From NCBI GenBank assembly GCA_049724395.1, contig JAUGWO010000065.1, positions 124,001-157,399 of the forward strand: DNA of 33,399 nucleotides, in the 5' to 3' direction. The position numbers were made by a program, and so were the translations under genes. Origin of the DNA: Spongospora subterranea f. sp. subterranea (Eukaryota). The notes beneath the pieces are model-generated. The model was given only the letters and a program-made list of their open reading frames with translations. It searched no databases and was not told the origin of the DNA. Positions 26,363-33,399 of the stretch are shown here, piece by piece (position 1 is the first letter of the stretch; every line of letters begins with the position of its first letter).

Positions 26363-27012
26363 ATTACAGTACAGTGCCTACGTAAGTATTTACATACAAC
26401 TATGTACACCATGACTGGACAAATGGGCGGGAGGACTGGGGCCACGCCACAGGATCGCAGCCCGCTGGCTCGGCATTGTTAGTGTGAGTGTAAGTGAGTG
26501 GCATTACACTTTGGAAAATCTGGTCACTGGTGAATTCATGTGGACCTCCCCCCCACATGATCACCCGGATCAAGTTTTAAGGTACTGCAATACATATTCT
26601 ATGGGGATTGACTTTGTGGTAGATTCCTTTATTCAATGCAGATTCGATAACGGTCGTTGAGTCAGGTGGTCGCGCCTCGAGGAATCGGTTAACTGGGAGC
26701 TCGCCAGCAATCTGGTGGAGGAGGTAAGGCACATCCACATGATGTGCTCTTTCAGGAAATGGCGTCGGCCATCTTCAAGTAACCCTGATGGCCATATGAT
26801 CTGGGAGTATTTGGGCTCCCACCAGGAAATGCCATATGATCTAGGAGTAATATACTCCTATATGGATTTTTTTTACCTGATTTTCAAGGCGGAATAGTAG
26901 TATCTGCGTTAGAAAAAAAAATTCTCACAGTAAAAATGATTTCGGTGCTTGAGAAAACCAGAAACTGCGCGACCCGAGCTTACCCGACCCTCGTACTCTT
27001 TTTTGACTCGGA

Positions 27013-27938
27013 ATGACGACCTTGCAGGAACTGCTGCTTGAGGCCAACGCAACCGATCACTCAGCGGTATTTGAGGACGAGGAGGAAGGTGAAGAGGACC
27101 TGGATGATAACATTGATGATGAAAATGAATCTGCTGAGTGGTCGATTCTCAATCCCAGTCGAATGCCGAAAGTAAGAATTTCGTTGGAACCAGCTGACGG
27201 CCTTCTGCTCAGCGAAGCGCGAACGGAAATTCGCACCGTCTGAGCCCGGGTTCGCGAGCACTTGAAGATTGGGACCAACAGTAGCGTCGGCATTAGTGAG
27301 GTATTCAACATGTGCTCAGCTGGTTCCAACGAAATTTTCACTTTCGGCATTCGACTGGGATTGAGAATCGACCACTCAGCAGATTCATTTTCATCATCAA
27401 TGCGTTTGTTAAAGATTGGACGCCATCTGTAAAATTCGTAAACGCTTTAGAGGATCTGGCTAAAGAAAACTGTTCCAGTGGTGGTCGCCCTGTGCCCAAC
27501 GCATCGCTTGTGGAACGCCCCCGCATTCCTAAGCGAAACAGATTGGCTTGGTTTAACAACAATGCGGACGGCGTCAATCTGCGCCTTCAATATCTTCCAC
27601 ATGACAGAATTTCTCTGCCTTCGCAATTGAGGTGCTTGGTCTGCTCTGCTAACACAACTGCGTCGTGCAAAACATGCACTGTTCCGCTTTGCGTTCAACT
27701 AAAGATGGGCACGAGACGAACATGTTGGGCAAAATTCCACGAGAATAGGCGCCTAGAGTCGCCGATGCAACGCGCACCATCTCCAACAGTTTCTCTTCCT
27801 TCGAACGGGGTCACCGTCCAGCGACAGGGTCGAATCGGGTTCAAGGCCTCCAGTGGCCAGTCAGAAGACCTTGAGGTTCAGAACAATGTTCCAACGCCAT
27901 CCGTTCCTGTCCGAGCAACGCGATTACGCCACCGATGA
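27013..27938 (+). mobile_element. Internally deleted piggyBac-like transposase relic
   Basis: Acidic N-terminus (FEDEEEGEEDLDD) and a C-terminal cysteine-rich domain RCLVC..TTASCKTCTVPLC..RTCWAKFH typical of piggyBac transposases. The catalytic core is absent and element termini are not defined. Confidence 0.65.
27111..27402. repeat. 87-bp inverted duplication with a 118-bp spacer
   Basis: 27111-27197 is the reverse complement of 27316-27402 with 2 mismatches. Confidence 0.95.
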
Positions 27939-29287
27939 CTTGTCCTTATGATCTATAGATCATACAGGTTTTGCCTCATAAAAATCCGTGGAATTTTGCT
28001 CCAAAAACGACTCACTTCTATACTTCACTGTGCAGTGAAAAATGACCAAGAATTTATTCTGAAAACACAAAAATATAGGAATTATTCCATTCTTGAACTT
28101 ATTTTCTTATATGGGTTGCGTAATTGCAAAATTGAGTATGTGAGAGGTGTTTCCGTCCAATGATCTATATTATTGATCATACGGAGTTTCATCAGGGATA
28201 AGGGAACTGAATAATGTCTCGCACGAGTTATCCATACATGACGATGCTAATTGGAGAGGTGGCTCAGCATTATAGGTCGAAAATGGTGATGTATTGGATG
28301 AAAAACGGTTTCGGTTCGCCAATAGGGGGCAGGCTACGGTAGGATGGCCAGCATCTCCACTTTATATCTGCACAAATTGTGTTCCCGGCGGCGTGTTCGT
28401 TCCGACTCATCCAGTCGCGGGCGGCCGGTGGTTCTGAACGAATCGACCATCATGGAGTCGGACCCAGAATCGACCTCGGGGTGGCGCTGTGGGTGTACTT
28501 GCGACTGACCTCGACGCTCCAGGGCGCGTTCAAATAGGCGATCGCCGCATCTGATGGCCGTCATGATGAATGCGAGCAAGTCGGCTGGCTCCGGGCACGT
28601 CAACAGCAAATCCTTCACATCTTCGTTGAGGCCCTTTCGGAACTGGTGTAGCGTCGCAGCGCCGTCCCAACCTGCGTCAGTGACCAGCAGCTGAAACTCG
28701 CTGGCATACGTAGCGACTGGGCGGCGACCTTGGCGCAGCGCCTCCAATCGTCGTGCGGCTGTGACTGCTTTGTCGGATCCTCCAACCGTGCCCGAAACGC
28801 GTCAATGAATCTGACAAAATCCTGGAGCAACGGATCCCGTCGCTCGAAAATTGGTGAGAACCACAGCAAAGCGTTTCCTGTGAGAGAGTCCCCAACCAAC
28901 ATCACCTTGACGGATATCCGTGGCGAATGTCCTGGGTTTACGGGTGATGACCATTGATATTTGGTTGATAAAACCTCGCAGGGTGGATCGGGAACCGTCG
29001 AAAGGATCTGGGAGGCGGACTTTGGGTTCTGGCAAGGTCAACCGCTGCTGGTAGTGCTGCGACAATTCCTGCAACTGCCGTTGGAACTGTTTCTGTTGCT
29101 GAGAGAGTGCTGCCTGTAGTACCACTTGAATCTCCGGCGTCAACGGTTGAGCAAACTGGGGAGGTTCCGTCGGTACTGTACCTGGAAACCTCGATGGTCG
29201 TGCGGCCTGGCTGGAACTGACTCAGATCGCTCGCGGCTAGACATATCGAATTGCGAAGAAGATGTGAAAAGAGCAGATCGTCGGAGT

Positions 29288-29504
29288 AGCGGTGCGTAAA
29301 CCGTGAAGATGGTCTTGAAAGCGGTGCGTAAACCGTGAAGATGGTCTTGAAAGCGGTGCGTAAACCGTGAAGATGGTCTTGAAAGCGGTGCGTAAACCGT
29401 GAAGATGGTCTTGAAAGCGGTGCTTACACCGTGAAGATGGTCTTGAAAGCGGTGCTTAAACCGTGAAGATGGTCTTTTGAAAGCGGTGCGTAAACCGTGA
29501 AGAT
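29288..29504. repeat. 32-bp tandem repeat, ~6.7 copies, in the retrotransposon 5' leader
   Basis: Unit AGCGGTGCGTAAACCGTGAAGATGGTCTTGAA starts at 29288, 29320, 29352, 29384, 29416, 29448 and 29482, with few variants and no spacers. Confidence 0.97.
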
Positions 29505-29518
29505 AATTCTTGTCAAAC

Positions 29519-29683
29519 TGTTAGGAGGAACCAGATCCGTTGAAATAAAACCGAAGTGTATTACAGGCTATACAAGGAGTTGACAAGAATGACCAGCCAG
29601 AGGTCATTCTTGTCGGAAGACTGCGGGGGAACTGCGGCGAAGCCGCGAATGTTCGGAATATATATATGGGAGTGTTCCTAACA
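29519..29683 (-). repeat. Putative 165-bp 5' LTR
   Basis: TG...CA ends with perfect 8-bp inverted termini TGTTAGGA/TCCTAACA, a TATA-like run near 29658-29667, and a position directly upstream of the leader and gag. No second LTR is in the window. Confidence 0.75.
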
Positions 29684-30169
29684 CCTGGCATTAACCAAAC
29701 AAATCAGTCATAACCGAAGCCTAATTGGTGAAAATGAACCGGTCAGCTCGGTTGCCACCAGTTCGAGCCTGTCGGCGCCTTGATCTTATGGCTTCGCAGC
29801 CCAACGAATCGCGTTTTCCGTGCTGAAACTCGTAGCCTATATCGAAAAAACCTTTTCTGGATATTATATTCGTCCCAGATCTCAAAACAACTCGTTCAAC
29901 TTGACCAAATGAGACCCCTTGAGCACTGACGACCGCATTCAAAGGATGGGAATGCTGGAGACGGAACCATTTTCCTTGAGTACGTTTTCGTGAAAATCGG
30001 AAGCGACCGCGACCTGAAACGGACAAGCAGCGTGTCTACAATAAAATCGGCCGTGCTGGACAACTGATTCCACTCCAAACAATTTCACTGCCCGCTGAGC
30101 ATCCATTCGATGCGGGCTCCGATTAACATGAAATTTTTTTGCAACCTGGCAAAAGTTTGGATTCTGTCA

Positions 30170-30315
30170 GCGAATCTGGGTGCGGGAGCCCATGGTGTGG
30201 TCTACCGGGTCCAAGTTCTATCTAAGCAAAAACTGCATCTTCATATGCCAGAGACGGTCGCAATTAAGAAGATTCGATTACGGTCCCATGAGGAAGGGGT
30301 TAGCCAGGAAACTGG
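30170..30315 (+). pseudogene. Isolated N-lobe fragment of a cyclin-dependent kinase
   Basis: NLGAGAHGVVYRV...TVAIKKIRLRSHEEGVSQE resembles CDK subdomains I-II up to the cyclin-binding helix. No HRD or DFG exons were found downstream. Confidence 0.6.
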
Positions 30316-30519
30316 ATATTGCCACTTATATCAAGTATCAATAAACGATTATGACGACAAAATTTAATGGAATATGCGTCGTATCAACAGAAGCGATGTC
30401 TGATACATCAGACAATCGGCGAGAAACAGCGATTGCTGTGATTCGCTATAGAGGAATGAAAGTGTAGAACAGTACCGGTATGCGATTAGATTGACAATCC
30501 TTGGCCATATATGGCCTCA

Positions 30520-31037
30520 ACTCTATTAACACCCTTTAATAAGGGTCATGGCCCTCAGAATTCCTCTCCAATAACGACTTAAGATATATTTGTGATCGGA
30601 TACTTCAGTTCGATCAACAAACTTTTTTACGACAATATTATACCGTTTGACATGTTGTCTCGTGCTCGTGTCGTGCTCCGCTCTCCTTCCGTCCTTTTCA
30701 TCTCTTCTCTTCGCGCTTCTTTCCTTCCCCTCCCTTCCTTCCGCTTGTTCTTAATCTCTGATGGAACCATATAGTAGCAGAGGAAAAAGGGGAGAACGGA
30801 CGAGTCATTGAGAACAAGCGGAAGGATAGGCGGGGAAGGAAAAAAGGGCAGTGAGAAGATATGGAAAGGACGGAAGGAGAGCGGAGCACGACACGAGCAC
30901 GAGACAGCATGTCAAACGGTATGATATTGTCGTAAAAATTTGTTGATCGAACTGAAGAGCCGATCACGAATATATCTTAAGTCGTTATTGGAGGTATTCT
31001 GAGGGTGATGACCCTTATCAAAGGGTGTTAATAGAGT
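30520..31037. mobile_element. ~520-bp fold-back/MITE-like element (arms ~235 bp, spacer ~50 bp)
   Basis: 30520-30755 is the imperfect reverse complement of 30807-31037. Ends are ACTCTATTAACACCCTTT / AAAGGGTGTTAATAGAGT. Confidence 0.85.
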
Positions 31038-31039
31038 CA

Positions 31040-32560
31040 TGACAATACGGCCATCTGAGCGAGGCGATAGTTGAATAAACAAGCCCAATCAGAGTTAGTT
31101 GCTCCTGCTTGCCCACTAGGCTATGAAGTTTTCTGGAATGACGTACTGCCGCCGTCAAGTAGGTGTTGCATCTCCAGTATCTAAATACATGCACGATTCA
31201 GGAGTTGAGCACAATGAATTGACAGGCAGAGATGTTTTGCGGTTAATGGCAGTCAGCAAGTCTGGACAACTCGCAAGAGGATGTTTTCCTGTGGATCGAA
31301 CAGACATGGATCTTTGTCCTCAAATGGAGACATTTGTAAATAAAACAACGTCATTTCAACTGGTAGACCACCTATAGAAATGCCTAGAGGGCCGAAGAGA
31401 TCTCTTCCAATGGTGGTTGAACTACCTTCCCGAGGTTCCACAACTTGGAATTGGTGACTGAAGAGGGAAGAGGCCCAAAGAAACGAGACTTGAACGGACC
31501 CGATTCTGGGAGTGAATCCATTGCGCTTGGACAGCGATATTACCGAATTCGGGTGGGCCGACTGGAACGTCTGCTTTGATGAAAAAGAGGAGCCTGAATC
31601 AACATAGGCTTTGTCCTCGATGCTGCACATCGAGAAGTATTGGCGCGAAATAACCAGACTCGTATTCAATATGCTGTGTCTCGAATGGTGAAATGAAGGG
31701 CAATCCTCTAGCAGTTTCTGTGCACCGAAGACAGAATCACTGGATTCGTCGGATTGCTCCTCCGGGTTGGCTCTAATTAGTGCATGATGCTGGTTCTGGT
31801 AGAACTTCCAGGTTTTGGTGCACCGTGCTGCGATGTGGCACATCTCTCCACCTTTGCAGCATTTAAGAACCGGACGTGTTTCCGACGTCATTGCGCTGTT
31901 GTTTCTTGGTAGATTAAGGGCGATATTGATTGCAGTGATACCATCAGAGGGACTCACTGTTTTGGCGCCACATTCGACAGTGTCATGGCTAGCTATCATG
32001 TGGTAACCACATTGCTTCTTCCTCGTGGTTTGTGGCTCATTACTTGCTGTCCGGTGAATGCTGACGACAAGTTTGTTGACGACAGGTTTAGTATCAGGTG
32101 TAGTCACTCGACAACAGAGTTGTGCACGCCGAGATTATGTTTACGTACGTTGTCGGCTCTTTCCGGTGTTATCACTAATGATCTTGATCTGATTTTGAAC
32201 CGATGCTGTAGTCTCACGATCAGATGTGCAACCTGCACCCCTGTTTGTCCTGGATCCAGCTGAGCCAATTCCATGGCTTCCACGAAACGGTCGAGAAAAA
32301 CTGCAACGGTTTTCGGTGGTACCTCGTTGTTATGATTTCTAATCGTTGCTGGTAGTAGCTCACAATATCTTCGGCGACCAAATGTCGTTGAAATGCGTCT
32401 TTTGGCTTGCGCCCAATCCAATTTTTGGCGATGATATGGGACCTGACCCATTTAAAATGTCCTTTGTTGATAAACAAAACGGATTCCAGTTTGATCTGAT
32501 AAACAATAGTCTGTCGGTGAGGTGGGACTCTAGCCAGTGTTGAATTGATCATGATAACCA
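31040..32560 (-). mobile_element. Second degenerate Ty3/Gypsy relic: gag, aspartic protease and start of RT
   Basis: Gag-like W...F...TVAVFLDRF, decayed knuckles CGYHMIASHDTVEC and KCCKGGEMCHIAARC, protease YVDSGSS...IGRDLF, then LCSTPES..LDTGDATPT*RRQYVIP (RT entry motif). Contains stops and frameshifts and ends at the fold-back element. Confidence 0.8.
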
Positions 32561-33141
32561 ACTATTGTTTGTAAGGCACCGGTTTCAGCAATCCGTCCAA
32601 AATTAAACATACATTAACACAGCCTACCTGACCGGCTGAAATCCCCTAATTTATTCACCATCTACCATTGATGTTTGTGATCGATATTACAAAGTTCGTT
32701 GCCGAACAGCTCCCTCATTTATTAATCATTTCTTGGACTAGGCCACATTGAAACGCACTAAGGGATGCTTTCAATACCTGCAATGGTTGATAAAGTTCAT
32801 AGATCAGCTTTGCCCCGGATTGTGATCGTTCCATCGTATCCTTATCGGGGTGTTAACGAACGACGCCATGTTTGACGATTTTAGTTAAAACCTGTATTTA
32901 TCTACGACAAGATGAGCCATGACCAATGCCAATCGACAGGGTTAGCATAATTTAGTTGGCCCCTCGACTGTTTGGTCTTCTTCCAGCCGTCATAATGTAT
33001 TGCAATGTTATCTACTGTACATCAGGATGGCGGGCCTCCCTAAATGTTTTTGCGCGCACTTTGTTTTGGGTGAAGTGAGGCCAGGACAGTGCCAGGACAA
33101 TGAAACTTTCCGAGGGTTATTTCTTCAGACCTTGGAAATAA

Positions 33142-33399
33142 AACCGCCATGAACGATATTTCGTCGAACAGACGAACTGTGCAATCGGGAATCGCAAACT
33201 GCTGGGCATGCCGTCATCGAATGTCATTAACATGGACCAAACCAATGTCGCGTTTGATAATCTGTACAACACCACGTATGCCCGGCGCGGCGCAAAGGCT
33301 GTAAACATGAAACCCACCGGTTCTTTTGCCAGGTGTTCTGTCGCGTTAGGAGTCACCATGGATGGCCACAAGCTGCCGCCAATGATTGTCTTTAAAGGG
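33142..33399 (+). mobile_element. pogo/Tigger-like DDE transposase fragment, runs out of the window
   Basis: NVINMDQTNVAFD...TYARRGAKAV...RCSVALGVTMDGHKLPPMIVFKG contains the first catalytic Asp motif and the DG.KLPP..IFKG signature. An in-frame stop lies just upstream. Confidence 0.88.

Larger units (their letters stand above)
28360..29683 (-). mobile_element. 3'-truncated Ty3/Gypsy LTR retrotransposon (5' LTR, leader, frameshifted gag)
   Basis: Gag motifs EPKVRLPDPFDGSRSTLRGFINQ, LTGNALLWF, LRQGRRPVATYASEF..GW..FRKGLNEDVKD and ERTRRREHNLCRY (cut at the zinc knuckle) are spread over several frames. Probable ATG at 29244. No pol. Confidence 0.92.

Noticed and set aside
29288..29504. CRISPR-like array (32-bp period)
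   Set aside because: Units are head-to-tail with no unique spacers, there are no cas genes, and the context is a eukaryotic retrotransposon.
30592..30967. Two near-identical small ORFs on opposite strands
   Set aside because: They are a by-product of the inverted repeat arms. The same holds for 27057-27350 and 27061-27261.

Overview
Eukaryotic DNA with compact genes and short (~45-65 nt) GT-AG introns, probably from a centriole-bearing protist (it resembles plasmodiophorid/Phytomyxea genomes, but that is inference only). Positions 1-24.8 kb are gene-dense: NUF2, a probable HYLS1, a membrane-anchored SMP/TULIP-like protein, GCN5, an LYR-motif protein, an S6K-like AGC kinase, pyridoxal kinase, a GH16 beta-1,3-glucanase-like protein and succinyl-CoA ligase beta. 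The main hidden structure is an old direct segmental duplication (about 2304-6895 and 13734-17535) whose breakpoints fall inside NUF2 and the kinase. The fully duplicated genes were lost reciprocally: HYLS1 survives on the left, GCN5 and LYR on the right. A ~6.8 kb spacer between the copies holds an apparently intact gene and a Harbinger-type relic. Positions ~25-33.4 kb are a transposon graveyard rich in fold-back structures: a hAT MITE with an 8-bp TSD, a piggyBac-like deletion derivative with an inverted duplication, a Ty3/Gypsy LTR with a Tf1-like self-priming signature, a ~520-bp fold-back element, a second Gypsy relic and a pogo-like transposase. Gene models were spliced by eye and no database search was run.
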